From assembly GCA_977017645.1 (NCBI GenBank), contig OZ360245.1, forward strand, positions 38,254,001-38,318,000: a DNA stretch of 64,000 nucleotides. Direction: 5' to 3'. Of the stretch, positions 48,450-61,610 are shown piece by piece. The number at the start of each line of letters is the position of its first letter. Position 1 is the stretch's first letter. This stretch comes from Torpedo marmorata. Taxonomy: Eukaryota. The translations under genes were made by a program, and so were the position numbers. The notes under the pieces were generated by a model. It worked only from the letters and a program-made list of their open reading frames with translations, was not told the DNA's origin and made no database searches.

Positions 48450-48800
48450 CTCAATGAGACGCTGGAGGAACCCAGAGGGTCAGGCAGCAGCCATGGGTAG
48501 AAATGGTCAGTCAATGTTTTGGGTCGGGACCCTTTATCGAGACTGAGGTAAATAGGAGGTGATATTACAAATAAAAAGGGGGGAAAGAAACTGGGGGAGG
48601 GGCCAAGAGGTGATAGGGTATAGGACCGGAGGTGTGAGATAGAGGGACCATGAGGAAGGGGCGGCGATGGGGAAAGGTAAGCACAGGTATAGGTAAAGAA
48701 GTAATGGAAACAGTGGAATCAGGTTGAGGTTACGTGAAATTTGAAAATTGACGTTGATGCCATAAGGTTTAATGCCGTGTTGCTGTGTTCCTCAAGTTTA
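48450..48800 (-). mobile_element. Old PLE pLTR/3' region
   Basis: GCTGGAGGAACCCAGAGGGTCAGGCAGCA..TTTTGGGTCGGGACCCTTTATC followed by a purine-rich tract. Confidence 0.65.
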
Positions 48801-49019
48801 TGATTGTTCCCGCCCATTCCCCAATCCAGTGGTTCTCAACCTTTTTTTCCACTCACATACCACCTTAAGTAATCCTTTACTAACCACAGAGCACCGATGG
48901 CTCCTACTGCTGCTAGCTCATTGTTTGCTCAAGATTCCAGCATCTTCAGTCTTTGTGTTCTTCTTTGTAATAAAGGTAAAAATTAACTAGCATCTCAACT
49001 AGACGGACCAAGTAAGTTC

Positions 49020-49345
49020 CAGTTAAGGTCAGAGGCTGGGAATCCAGGTGACAGTGACTCACTTTCTGATCTCAGTGACGTTCCACCGTCTGCAAGGTAC
49101 GCGGGGAGCATGATGGAATATTGTCTGCTTTTTCTCGACCGCCGAGAGTGAAGAGATCTTCCTGGGAACACCACTAGTTGCAGGTTCCCCTCCAAGCCAC
49201 GCACCATCCTGGCCTGGAAATATATCACCTGTCCTTCCTCTTCGAAATCCTGGAAAATCCCACGCAACAGCATTGTGAGCCAATCTCCGCCAGCAGGTGT
49301 GCAACGGAAGAAGATGGCTCTCCACCTCTGTCTCTGGTGGCTTGC
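49020..49345 (+). mobile_element. Old LINE (CR1-group) 3' remnant
   Basis: CCACCGTCTGCAAGG..TGATGGAATA..CCCCTCCAAGCCACGCACCATCCTGGCCTGGAAATATATC; reverse-related to about 46250-46345 plus 46706-46740. Confidence 0.55.
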
Positions 49346-50698
49346 TCGTGATGTCTTGATCACAGCAGACAAACAAAGAAATAAGGTCCCTCATTTCATC
49401 AGTGAAGCATTCATTGAACGCAAGAACAGAAGAATGTGGCAGGAAGAGCAACAAATGGTCCAAGAAATGGTGTGGGCTAGCCTGGTGAATCTACAACGGA
49501 AGACCCAGTGTGTCTTGATCTCTTGAAGCACCTTGTAATAGGCAGGGTGAAGTGCCCCCTTCCCCACTCCACTCCTCTCCCCCCACGCCATGGTTCAAAA
49601 GGAGCTCTGCAGTCTTACCATAATCCCCCAGGGACAATTAAACAGGGAACGGGAGAGAGAAGGTCTCTGAACATCCTCACCAATAGCAGAACCCAGCAGC
49701 TGATGGGAAGCCACTAACAGTTCGGTCAGGTGACAGTTACTCTCGCCGGGCCACTCGACTCCAGACCTTGTCAACCACGGAACAAGTCTGAATTCCAGAA
49801 CCAGGAAGAGATGGAGGGTCGAGTGGCCATCCTTGGCACCGCAGTAATATTAGACGAGCGCTGCACTGAGCAGCCCTGATCAAGCGGCACACCCATTGGA
49901 CAGCAGGGACAAAACTCTACCCTGCAAGATGGTTGCCAACCATCTCAGCCCCAGGGGTTCCTCAGGGCAGTGTTCTTGTCTCAACCATCTTTCAGCTGCT
50001 TCAGGAAGGGTTCTCCCTCCATCATCGGACCGGAAGCGGAGATGCTTGCTGAGAAGACATGTTGTTATGTCCCACCCTTTTCTCATCCCAAAGAACTCTC
50101 TGCCTCCACGCCAGAAGACCTGTGCATCATTCAAACTTGGGTTGCTCAACACCAAGTCAAATTTGTGCCACCCGAGTGGGAGGAAGTGACTTCCCACAAA
50201 ACTCTCAATGGCCATTACGGAATGGGTATTGAATTCTCGTCTTGCCGGCAGCACCCAAATCTGTGGGGAAATTTAAAAAAGGTTATCTCTTGAAAAGGAA
50301 TGTGAGCAGTATGTGGCAATACCGCTGACCCGCCTGTTGGTGGCACTGCTGAGCTCAGTGTGCAATGCCTGCACCATCAGCAAAGAGCTGCAACCTGGTG
50401 GATTTTGAATGAAATGCTTTTCAAGTGATTTATGAAATGCCAGGAATATTAATGCTATAAAGGCTCTAAATCCTGTAAGTAAATAATTTATGTCCAAAGA
50501 AACTTGAGGAATAGAGCTGGCACCCACTCAACCAATATGGAAGTTGGGGCAGTATTTTTGTGTCTTCTTATGCTTTGTGAGTTGAGGCAGTGTGACGATG
50601 CCCAATGCCCGGAGCAGGTGTTAATCCCTTCAGCTTATTTCCTGTTATCCATTCCCTTCACCAAATTTGGCTTTCCCGAATGGTTCGAGGAGAATCAA

Positions 50699-50868
50699 GA
50701 AGTAAAACACGAAAGCGTGCAGACACCGTGGTTGAAGTAAAAACACAAATGCTGGAGAAACTCAGCAGGTCAGCTCAAGCCCGAAACGTCGGTTCTGTAT
50801 CTTTATCTTTGCTACATAAAGGACACTGTTTGACCTGCTGAGTTTCTCCAGCGTTTGTGTTTTTACTT
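50699..50868. mobile_element. Short fold-back PLE pLTR insertion
   Basis: AAGTAAAAACACAAATGCTGGAGAAACTCAGCAGGTCA / TGACCTGCTGAGTTTCTCCAGCGTTTGTGTTTTTACTT arms; 12-bp TSD GAGGAGAATCAA at 50687-50698 and 50869-50880. Confidence 0.9.
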
Positions 50869-51139
50869 GAGGAGAATCAAACTTTGTGTGGCGTAACCAG
50901 TGGTGTTCAAAGGCTGTTCAGCACTCCGACCTCATGCAACCACACCCCCGCCTCCCCTTTGTTGCATTGCCTCTACTTATGTCGTTTATTGAATTAATGG
51001 GGTTTGAATGTGTGGGAAGTAAATGCAACTGGCTCCCAGCACTCGAGTAGGTGTTTGATGTGAACAGCTGACAGTGAGGCCACTGGACTAAGATGCAATG
51101 TTAACAAAGCATCTCAGCTCCTTTGTATTTGATGATTTA

Positions 51140-52241
51140 ATTTTTTTTAAAATTTAGACATACAGCACGGTAACAGGCCCTTCTGGCCCAAGAGCCCAAA
51201 TGCACCCAATTAACCTACAACCCCCTGTACGTTTTTGAAGGGTGGGAGGAAACCCATGCAGACTCAGGGAGAACATACAAACTCCTTACAGACACTTCCG
51301 GCACTTACTACAGGATCCCACCACCAGACACATTTTTCCTTCTCCTCCCCTCTCAGCCTTCCGCAGGGACCGCTCCCTCCGCGATTCCCTCGTGCACTCA
51401 ACCCTCCCCACCCATCGCACCCCCGGCACCTTCCCCTGTGCCCGCAGGAGGTGCAACACCTGCGCCCACACCTCCCCCCTCACCACGGTCCGGGGCCCCA
51501 AACAGGCCTTTCAAGTGAAACTACACTTCACTTGTACATCCAGAGAACTTATTTACTGCATCCGGTGCTCCCTTTGTGGCTTTCTCTACATCGGAGAGAC
51601 CGGTCGTAGATTGGGAGATTGCTTTGCTGAGCACCTCCTCTCCGTTCGCAACAACCGCGACCTCCCAGTAGCCAGCCATTTCAATTCCGAGTCACACTCC
51701 CACACTCACATGTCTGTCCCACCCAGGCTACCCGCAAATTGGAGGAACAACATCTCATTTTCCGTCTGGGCACTCTCCAGCCAGATGGCATTAACATTGA
51801 CTTTTCTGCTTTCCACTAAACCTGCTTGTCTTTTCCTTCCCCCCTCCCCCTTCACCTGTCCTTCCTGTTTTTTCCACCCACCCAGCCATCCCTCCTCCCC
51901 CTCTTTGCTGCTGTCTCCTCCCTCCTTTCTCCACCTATCATCTCCTGCCTTTGCCACCCCCCTTCCCCCCCCTCACTCTTTTGTTCGGATGCCTGCCGGC
52001 ATTTTCTTATACTTTGATGAAGGGCTCAGGCCCGAAACGTCGGTTATGTATTTCTACCTTTGCTACATAAAAGACACTGTCTGACCTGCTGAGTTTCTCC
52101 AGCATTTGTGTTTTTTTACTTCAACCACGGTGTCTACATATTTTCGTGTTTTACTTTCCTTACAGACAGCGCCGGATTCGAACCCCAGTCGCTGGCGCTG
52201 TGACAGTGTTGCGCTAACCGCTACGCTGAGCGTGCCACCCT
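51140..52241 (-). mobile_element. V-SINE split by a PLE insertion
   Basis: 3' part at 51140-51294 and 5' tRNA-like part at 52157-52241. Confidence 0.88.
51295..52156 (+). mobile_element. Penelope-like retroelement 3' part: Cys-rich linker + GIY-YIG endonuclease + pLTR with hammerhead (52008-52048)
   Basis: ORF 51242..: AFRRDRSLRDSLVHS..C.RRRCNTC..FTCTSRELIYCIRCSLCGFLYIGETGRRL..EH..VASHF; 12-bp TSD TCCTTACAGACA at 51283-51294 and 52157-52168. Confidence 0.95.
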
Positions 52242-52439
52242 TGATAAACAATATTAGTGATGAATCTTTGGAAGATCAGCACAATTAATGAATAATTGGA
52301 AGATTACCAGCACTTTAAGAATATCAACATAATGCAGAAAGTATTGTCACGAAACTATACAACAAATACCCAAACTTTTTGACCGAAGGGGGAAATTCTT
52401 AACCATCACAGAGAATAGATAATGACATTTTTTTTTAAA

Positions 52440-52625
52440 AAGTTCCAGATGCTGGAAGCTAAAGTCAAACCAAAAAGTGCTGGAAATAGTGGGTAAAGCT
52501 ACATCTGTGAGGAGAGAAACAGCTAACATTGAAGGATCGTTGACCTGAAATGTTAACTCTGTTTCTCTTTCCGCAGATACTGCCTGATCTGCTGAGTGGA
52601 TAACCAGGATTTTCTGGTTTTATTA
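52440..52625. mobile_element. Old fold-back PLE pLTR insertion
   Basis: AAACCAAAAAGTGCTGG..ATCTGTGAGGAGAGAAACAGCTAACATT / AATGTTAACTCTGTTTCTCTTTCCGCAGAT..CCAGGATTTTCTGGTTT. Confidence 0.65.
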
Positions 52626-53081
52626 CCAAGAACAGATGATCGAATCATTAATCTCATCTGTTGTGTGAGAGGCCTTGCTGCGTGCAATGCCATTCTATTA
52701 ACCTCCAAACCACAGTGGCTATAAATCAGTTTATGAGTTATGAACGAGTTGTCAGGATATGTCGGGGAATTGGACTGAGTGGGAGAGGAGCTTGGTAATT
52801 AATATTGAGGTGAGATGTGCCAATGGAACTGTTAAGAAGGTCCACTTGCATCGGGATGCATTGGGCAGAGATGCACACATGCAACCTTCTGAAGCTGAAC
52901 TTGTTTGATTCAAGAAATCGAGTCCAAAATCAGAGCAGAGCCACAAGTTAGAGACTTATCCAGGTGACTCGTCTGATGATCAGCTCAGCTGATCACACTA
53001 CATGAGTTCACAATGGGACCCCACTCTCTATGTGATCTCGTGTGTATCCAGTCGGAGGTAGAGGATGAAACTGAGTAGTTT

Positions 53082-53306
53082 AATGAATCTGTGGAATTCG
53101 CTGCCCATTGAAGCAGTAGCGGCTACCTCAGTAAATATATTTGAGACAAGGTTGGATAGATTTTTACAAAGTGGGGGAATTAAGGGATATGGGGAAAAGG
53201 CAGGTAGGTGGAGATGAGCCTATCATCAGATCAGCCATGATCTCATTGAATGGTGGAGCAGGCTCGACGGGCCGGATGGCCGACTCCTGCTCCTATTTCT
53301 TATGTT
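53082..53306 (+). mobile_element. CR1 3' end
   Basis: AATCTGTGGAATTCGCTGCCC..CTCCTGCTCCTATTTCTTATGTT; same subfamily as 59902-60108. Confidence 0.88.
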
Positions 53307-53779
53307 TCCAGTTTCAGAGCAGCGCATCTTTGTAAAACCTCGGTCTTGTACAAATGTGTGTTTTTGCTGCAAAGTTTTCTCTTCTCATGCTGTTCTTAAT
53401 CCTTCTCAGTGACCTGCTCTCAGTCCCCAGACAAGAGGTGGCAGTGGGAACCAGCGACTGAATTTTCACGGGTTGCATTTGAGACAGTTTTCGACCGTGC
53501 CAGGGAGAATCTCTTTTGTTTACTGCCTGCAGTTAGTTTTGTTTCTGTGGGAGGGTGACAGGCCTGGACCTGCTAGCATGTGTGGTTAGTTTCAGGGACA
53601 CCTCAGGTGGGGATTTGGGTGTTGAATTGTCAGGGAATCTGATTGAGGACTCGCCACAATAATAATTTACTGTGCTGATAGGTAGGGTGGGAGGAGTGGC
53701 ATGTGATGGAGGGGACAAAATTCAGAGCTGAAATTGTGCATGCCCACTACAGACCACATTAGTAATGTTTAGTTAAGAT

Positions 53780-54615
53780 GGGAGGATGGGATCTCCAGTA
53801 CAGTAAATGGTATCCGAGGAGGGTTTTGTTTCACGCAGAAAATGTTTGATATCTGCAGTGTGCTGCTCAAGGAGGTGGTGGAATCAGATGCAATTATGAT
53901 GCTTTAGAAGCATTTAGACAGACATTTAAATGGGCAAGGCACAGAAGGGCACGGTACTAATGAGGGGAATGCAGATGGGCAGAAGGGTCAGCATGGACAT
54001 GTGGCCACTGTGCTGTACAACCCCATGACTATGTCTCTATGACCTGAAAAGAATTGATATACCACTGACAAAGATATTAATTTCCCGTGTTCATTGGAGT
54101 GCCGTCAAATAATGAAGCGATATGCAATAATGTTATGTTTGGATCAATAAATATGAGTTTGTTACTATTTAACGAAAGCTCAGGTGTCATTAGTGTTTCA
54201 AGATGGCAACTGCAAGCACGTGCATGTGGTGACTCCAGAGTGGAGAGAGGGCTGGCAGTGCCCACTGTGTAGTTCACGGAGTCAAACCGAGCCCATCTCT
54301 TGCTTGTCATTAGCACCGCAGCTTTGATCTCTGACACCCACCCAACCGATCACGTGCTCGGCAACGTGACGTGAATGGTCAGAGAGCAGAGGGTTAAGGT
54401 GAGAGGGGAAAGATTTAGCAAGGGGCCCGAGGGGCAGCTTCTTCACCCAGAGGGTGGAGGGAGGTACAATGACAACTTTTAAAAGGCATTCAGATAGGTA
54501 CACCACCGATTGGGATCTTGGCCAACCTGGACCAGCTCAGGAAGACGATTGGCATGAATGAGTTGGGCCAAAAGCCCTGCTTCCATGGTAACTGTTTAAC
54601 TCTGACTCTATGAAG
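53780..54615 (+). mobile_element. Two degenerate CR1 3' fragments (about 53780-54040 and 54380-54615)
   Basis: TTTCACGCAGA..CATTTAGACAGACAT and AAGGTGAGAGGGGAAAGATTTA..TTCACCCAGAGGGTGG..ACTCTATGA. Confidence 0.65.
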
Positions 54616-54845
54616 TCTTTTTGCATTTTATCATCAGTTATTGAAAGATTGTACCCATGGCATAAAGGTTACATGCTGGGTGATTTCTCCTAGCTAAATC
54701 ACTGCATGTATGTGGTGCTTCTGGCATTGATCCAATGTGCAGGAATCTGCAGGGCAGCAGTGAATGAAGAACATTTTGGTGACCATGACTAATGTAGAAG
54801 CCACATGATATCACACACGGTGTATTAGGGAAGGATCACACAGAA

Positions 54846-57563
54846 CACACCAGACACCGCTATCCGACCAGACGGTTTCACCATCCATAGACTGGATCGG
54901 AACTCGGATTCTGGAAAAGAGAGAGGAGGCGGTGTGTGCTTTTTCGTTAATACAGGGTGGTGCACGGATATTGGAGTTATGTCGACCTCCTGCTCTATTG
55001 CCTTAGAGCAAATCTCAATTAAATGCAGACCCTTCTATCTACCCCGTGAGTTCTCATCTGTGATTCTCACTGGAGTTTACATCCCTCCCGATGCCGATTA
55101 CAAGCAGGCACTCGCGGAGCTGCATGATGTCAGTAAACAAGAGACGGCCCAGCCCGACGCACTACAAATCTTAGTCGGCGACTTTAACCAGGCCTGTGTC
55201 AAGAAAACACTGCCTAACTACCACCAGCATGTAACCTGCTGTACCAGAGGTCCCAGCACACTTGATCACTGCTACACCAAGATAAGTAAGGCCTACCGTT
55301 CTTTACCGAGACCGCACTTTGGCAAGTCTGATCACCTGGCTGTGCTCCTTCTGCCTTCATACAGACAGAGTCTAAAGAGAGAGGCTCCGGAGATCAGGAC
55401 AGCTAGAAGGTGGTCACAGGAGGATGAAGAATGGTTACAGGACTTCCTCGAGTCAGCGGATTGGGCAGTGTTCAAGAACTCTGCTGAGAATCCGAACTAG
55501 TACACCGAGGCTGTCACACACTTTATCAAAACAGCTGTGGATGAGTGTGTCCCGACCAAATCATTCAGGGTGTTCCCCAATCAGAAGCCCTGGATGAACA
55601 GTGAAATCCAGAACCTGCTGAGAGCCAGATCACAGGCATTTAAGTCCAGAAATCCAGATCAGTACAGCAGGAGCAGGTATGACCTCCGGAAGGCTATCTC
55701 CCGGGCGAAGTGGAGATTCTGGATGAAAATGGAAACAATAAGGGACACCCGACAGCTGTGGCAGGGTCTGAATGCCATAACCTATTGCAAAACCAAATCC
55801 GGTAAAGTAGCTGACGGCAAAGCTTCTCTCCCAGAGGAACTCATTGCCTTCTACGTCCGATTTGATGACAGTAACAGTGAAGAACCACCCCTCCGCACCC
55901 CCACGTCCTCTGACGATCCCACCCTGTCTGTATCTGAGGATGACGTGCGTGCTGCCTTCAGGAGAGTGATTCTGCGGAAAGCATCCAGCCCGGATGGAGT
56001 ACCTGGCCGAGTATTAAAGATCTGTGCTGATCAACGTACCAAGGTATTCACGGATATCTTCAATAGCTCACTCCAGCAGGGCGTGGTACCCACCTGTTTC
56101 AAACAGGCGTCAATCATACCGGTGCCCAAGAAGAGTGCAGTAACCTGCCTTAACGACTATCGATCAGTAGCACTTACATCAACAGTGATGAAGTGTTTTG
56201 AAAGGCTGGTGATGAAGCATATCAGCTCCTGTCTGAGCGGTGACATGGATCCACTCCAGTTCGCCTATCGCGGCAACAGGTCTACGGCGGATGCCATCTC
56301 ACTGGCCCTACACAAAGCCCTGGAACACCTGGACAGCAAAGATGCATGCATCAGGATGCTCTTTATCGACTACAGTTCGGCATTTAATGCCATCATCCCC
56401 TCAAAACTGATCAGCAAACTCCAAGACCTGGGAGTTAACACCCTACTGCGTAATTGGATCATGGATTTCCTCACCTCCAGACCACAATCAGTGAAGATTG
56501 GTAAGAACATCTCCTCCACAATCTCCATCAGTACTGGAGCACCACAGGGCTGTGTTATTAGCCCCCTGCTCTACTCACTTTACACCTACGACTATAGCTC
56601 GGTACGACAATAACACCATCTACAAATTTGCCGATGATACCACAGTAGTAGGTTGTATAAAGGATGGATGGAGATTGAAAACCTGGCTGACTGGCACACC
56701 AAAAACAACCTTGCACTCAATGTCACCAAAACTAAGGTGCTGATTGTTGACTTCAGGAAAGGAAAGCCAGAGGTATACAATCCAGTGATCATTGGGGGAT
56801 CAGGGGTGGAGAGGGTGAGCAAATTTAGGTTCTTGGGAGTCACTATCTCGGAGGATCTTTCCTGGACCCAACACACCAATGGCATCGTGAAGAAAGCATG
56901 TCAGCGCCTCTACTTCCTCAGGAGCTTGCAAAGGTTTGGTATGACACCAGAAACCCTGACAAATTTCTACAGATGTGTGGTGGAAAGTATGCTGACCGGC
57001 TGCATCACGGTCTGGTATGGGAACACCAATACCCCTGAGCGTAAAGCCCTCCAAAAGGTAGTGGACACAGCCCAGGACATAACTGGCAAAACCCTCCCCA
57101 CTATTGAGTACATCTGCAGGGAACGCTGCCGTCGGAGGGCAGCAGCAATCATCAAAGACCCACATCACCCAGCGCATGCTCTGTTCTTGCTGCTGCCATC
57201 AGGAGAGAGGTATAGGTGCCACAAAACTCGCACCACCAGGTTTAGGAACAGCTGCTACCCCTCTACCATCAGAATCCTCAACGACAAAGTCAAATCAGAA
57301 CTCATTTAAGGACTCTTGCTCGTGCACTTTATTGATTTTTTTCTTTGCTCTCTCTGTATTGCACAGTCAGTTCCATTTTCAGTTTCATTCGTTACCTGTT
57401 AGCAATTCTTTTGATTGTTTACATGTTTACGCTGTGTACAGTTTACTTTTGCACTACCAATTAGTGGTAATTCTGCTGCGCCCGCAGGAAAAAAGAATCT
57501 CACGGTTGTATGTGACGTCATGTATGTACTCTGACAATAAATCTGAAATCTGATCTGAATCTG
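54846..57563 (+). mobile_element. Rex1/Babar LINE with APE endonuclease + RT, disrupted
   Basis: ORF 54934: GVYIPP..GDFN..TLDHCY..SDH (APE); ORF 55537: PDGVPG..LNDYR.VALTS..QFAY..DYSSAFN..GAPQGCV; YKFADD in a shifted frame; stop at 55498 and frameshifts near 56590-56670; AATAAA(TCTGAA)n-like tail. Confidence 0.95.
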
Positions 57564-57727
57564 GATCCGACATGGAACAGAATATGACTGGGAGATGGAG
57601 TGGAGGGAGTGAGGGTGGGCAAGGAGGAGAAGGATTCGTACCAGGAGCCTGAATTCATCTGCGAGGAGCATATGTGAGAGATTTGCACTGCGATAAGTAT
57701 CTCTTCACTGAAATCCGTCACTTACTG

Positions 57728-57897
57728 AGCAAGACGCAAACTGCTGGTGGAGCTCAGCAGGTCAGGCAGCATCCGTGGAGGAAAATGGACAGTCGACATT
57801 TCGGGTCGAAACCCTGCTTCACCCCTGACTGACTTTTGTTCCTCAAGCAATTTGCTTTTTGCTCCAGAATCCAGCATCTGCAGTCTCTCGAGTCTTC
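57728..57897. mobile_element. Old fold-back PLE pLTR insertion
   Basis: GCTGGTGGAGCTCAGCAGGTCAGGCAGCATC..TTTCGGGTCGAAACCC..CCAGCATCTGCAGTCTCTC. Confidence 0.6.
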
Positions 57898-58519
57898 TGT
57901 CACTTACTGCACTTCCTGAGAGAAGATTTTGCTTTGCAACAGATGTCAAAGTGACTGTGGCAGTAAATGTCTATGTGTTGGACTCCTCCGATTCAGAGCT
58001 TGAAGATCTTCTCAATAGTTAACACTGTTCTGTTGGAGAGGGCCAAATTAGAATTCACGTCTCTTGTTCACGACCACCGGCCGCACAGCGCACACAACCT
58101 TCCCATGATGCACGGTGCCTTTGACTGCACCCACTTGGCTTTGCAGCATGCATGTCAACCTTGCCCTGCTCTGGAACCATAAGGGGGTTCACTTGGTTTG
58201 ACTGCACACAGCAGAACATGCAGGCCAGAGAATTTCATCAATGAAACTTGATGCCTCCGTTCTGTGACATCTCTCTGTGCCAGATGTATTTTGAGCCACC
58301 TCAGCAAAATAGAATGTGGCAACTTCTTATTCCCTGACAACATAGAAGGACGGCATTTTAGCCCATGGGGTCTACGTTGGCTGACGGAGCAATCTCAAAT
58401 GAACAAAGTGCTGATATGTGAGCTTGTGTTAAGCTCCATCGGAACAGTAGGACCAAGGTCCAAGTTGTTCAGGACAGAGAATTAAAGTGACAGATGATTG
58501 GAAGCTCAGGGGCATACTT

Positions 58520-60110
58520 GTGGATCAGACACAAAAGCTTTACCCAATCTGTATTGGGTCTTCTTGAGGAAGGATGTACTGGCTTTGGAGGCGGTGCAGA
58601 GGAGGTTCACCAGGTTGATTCCAGAGATGAGTGGGTTAGCCTATGAGTCGTCTGGGACTGTACTCGCTGGAATTTAGAAGAATGAGAGGGGATCTTAAGG
58701 AAACATATAAAATTATGAAAGGCATAGATAAGATAGAGGTAGGTAAGTTGTTTCCATTGGTGGGGGAGACTAGAACTAGGGGACATAGCTTCAGGATTCA
58801 AGGTAGTAGATTTAGGACAGAGATGAGGAGGAACTGCTTTTCCCAGAGGGTGGTGAATCTGTGGAATCAGAATCAGAATTTATTGTCATGAACAAGTCAT
58901 GAAATTCGGTGTTTTGCGGCAGCATCATAGTGCAATTAACATTCATATTAACCATCTTACAACATTACTATAAAAATTATAAATTATAATTATAAATTAA
59001 ATTATAAAAAATTATATATTTATAATTTATAAAAAATTATATGTTTATAATTTATAAAAATAGTAAGGTAGTGTCTTTGGTTCATTGATTATTCAGGAAT
59101 CTGATGGAAGCTGTCCTTGTGCCGTTGAGTGCTCGTCTTTAGGCTCCTGTACCCTTTTCCCGATGGAAGCAGAGTGAAGAGGGCATGGCCTGGGTGGTGG
59201 GGGTCTTTGAGGATAGAGGCTGCTTTATTAAGACACCGCCTCATGTAGATGTCCTCGATGGAGTGAAGTTTGGTGCCTGTGATGTCACAGGCCGAGTTAA
59301 CAACCCTCTGGAGTTTACTCTTGTCCTGGGAGTTGGCGCCTCCATACCAGGCAGTGATGCAACCAGCCAGAATGCTCTCCACGGTACACCTGTAGAAGTT
59401 TACGAGAGTCTTTGGTGACATACCGAATCTCCGCAGTCACCTCACAAAGTATAGCCGCTGATGAGCCTTCTTTGTGATTGCATCAACATGGATGCTCCAG
59501 GACAAATCCTCGGAGATGTTAACACCCAGGAATTTGAAGTTCTTGACCCTCTCCACTACTGAGCCCTCGATGAGGACTGGGTCGTGTTCCCCTGACTTCC
59601 TCCTGAAGTCCACAATCATCTCTTTGGTTTTGCTGACGTTGAGCTCAAGGTTGTTGCCATTACACCATTCAACGAGCTGATCTATCTCCCTCCTGTACGC
59701 TTCCTCATTGCCGTTTGTGATTCTGCCGACAACTGTGGTGTCATCGGCAAACTTGTAGATGGCATTGGAATTGTGTCTGGCCACACAGTCATGGGTGTAT
59801 AATGAGAAGAGCAGTGGACTAAGCACGCATCCTTGGGGTGCGCCTGTGTTGACAATCAGTGAGGAGGAGACATTGTTTCCAATTCGTACTGACTGTGGTC
59901 ATGAATTCGCTGCCCATTGGAAGGTACCTCAGTAAATATATTTAAGACAAGGTTGGATTGGTTTTTACATAATAAGGAAATTAATGTATCTGTGGAAAAG
60001 ACAGGTAGGTGGAGATGAGCCTATCATCAGATCAGCCATGATCACATTGAATGGTGGAGCAGGCTTGACAGGCCGGATGGCCTACTCCTGCTCCTATTTC
60101 TTATGTTCTT
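58520..60110 (+). mobile_element. CR1 3' fragment interrupted by a Rex1 insertion
   Basis: ORF 58643 LGLYSLEFRRMRGDLKETYKI..FSQRVVNLWN stops at the Rex1 tail; CR1 resumes with GAATTCGCTGCCC at about 59903. Confidence 0.88.
58867..59900 (-). mobile_element. Rex1/Babar LINE 3' fragment, same subfamily as 161-1068
   Basis: ORFs 59437..59826 and 59089..59421 nearly identical to ORF 61..906; (TTCTGA)n tail. Confidence 0.93.
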
Positions 60111-60173
60111 CCCAGTGTAAATAAGTCCATACAATTTAGCACCAATGTATTTTTACTATTATGAATTGGAGGT

Positions 60174-60242
60174 CAGATTCAGATTTATTGTCAGAGTACA
60201 TAAATTATATCACATACAACCCTGAGATTCTTTTTCCTGCGG
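60174..60242 (-). mobile_element. Rex1 extreme 3' end (subfamily of 54846-57563)
   Basis: Reverse complement of about 57482-57550. Confidence 0.8.
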
Positions 60243-61307
60243 TGTGCAGCTGAGGGAAAGCAAATGCTCTTCGCTCTTCAAATAATAATACTGAGAGACA
60301 AAGTGGAGATCGGATTTAATATTATGAAGAAGACTTAACAGGGAAGAAATGGAGATGGTTTCCACGTGAACATGGAGTTCAAAGTGTACAACAGTCCAAT
60401 AAGAGAAATTCAGGAGGGAATTTCCTTACCCAGGTGTTCAGAATATGGAAGGGGCACACTGAGTCGTTCAGATAGAGAAGGCAGCTTTAAAGAAAGTTAG
60501 TTCAATATAAGCTCTCCGATATATCCTCTGCTACCATGACCAATAGCGACACACCAATAAAAGAAAACAGGGCCAGAAGCACAGAGTACTGCCAGTCTGT
60601 GGGAATGTCTGTTACTGTAGTAACAGATAAGTTGGAATGTAACTGGTTTCTGGAGTTTGGAAGATTATTCACGTAACTCCTTAAAATGCACGAGTTTGTT
60701 TTGTGCAAGGAAGGGAAAGAGAGCTTGAAAGTGATAGACACAGTCAGTGATTTCCACATAATGATATAATGGTATAAATTTAGTGCAAGTAAAGAAAATG
60801 GTCCAATGCTGGTCTTGCTTCAAAACATTCTAGGAAATTCCTAATCACAGCATCTTGATGTTAAAAGCCTTGAATGTCCTTACTATCCACTGTGTTCATG
60901 AGCCAAGCTCCCTCCGCCCTTTCCACAGTGGCAGACTGAGTACCTGTATGCAGCCTGCAGTGATCCACATTAAATTCTCTGCTAGTTCAGTTCAGTTTAG
61001 TGCACTGATATTTGATTTCTACATGTAGGCTTTATAACAATTGTATAAAATCATACCAGGGGTTAAAGCAGATTTTGAGGGCAGACAACATTAATGAGTT
61101 TGCTTCCTTCATAACTCAAATACATGAAACCTTTAGCACCTTCTTTTTTTAATCGTTTATGTGGACTTGTTCAGTGCTTTTATCGAAACTATAAATGTAT
61201 ACGATTTCTTTGGGAGTTCTTGGGACTGACCCAAGGGGAAAGGGGTTCTCTCTGTTTAATAGGAATTAGAATTGGGCTGGTGCTTTTTACAGCACATGCA
61301 CTGAGAA

Positions 61308-61610
61308 ATCAAGATTCAATAAAGACAGTGCAATATTACACAAAATTTGTTTTCGTCTGCCGTAAGGCAGTCAGATTCGCCATCGGCAGAAATTGCCTGA
61401 AGCGCCTCTTACAGTCAGAGAAAGAGAAGCAAAAGAGAGTCCCCTCAGAGTCACCGAGTGTCCATGGATTCGCCTCCAGCGCTCCCGCAGCCCCTGCAGC
61501 CACACAGAGTCCAGTCCAAACAATCAGCAGCCTGAGCTCCAGATCCGAACCTCCGACATGATCAGGAACCCTTCAGCGCCCTCGGCACCCTCTCGCATCC
61601 CAGTTCCATC
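61308..61610 (-). mobile_element. Second, truncated copy of the 4404-5157 retroposon
   Basis: Shares TTACAGTCAGAGAAAGAGAAGCAAAAGAGAGTCCCC..CAGAGTCACCGAGTGTCC..CAGGAACCCTTCAGC. Confidence 0.85.

Noticed and set aside
48827-48900. hAT-like left end CAGTGGTTCTCAACC
   Set aside because: No partner TIR or TSD found; too fragmentary to delimit.
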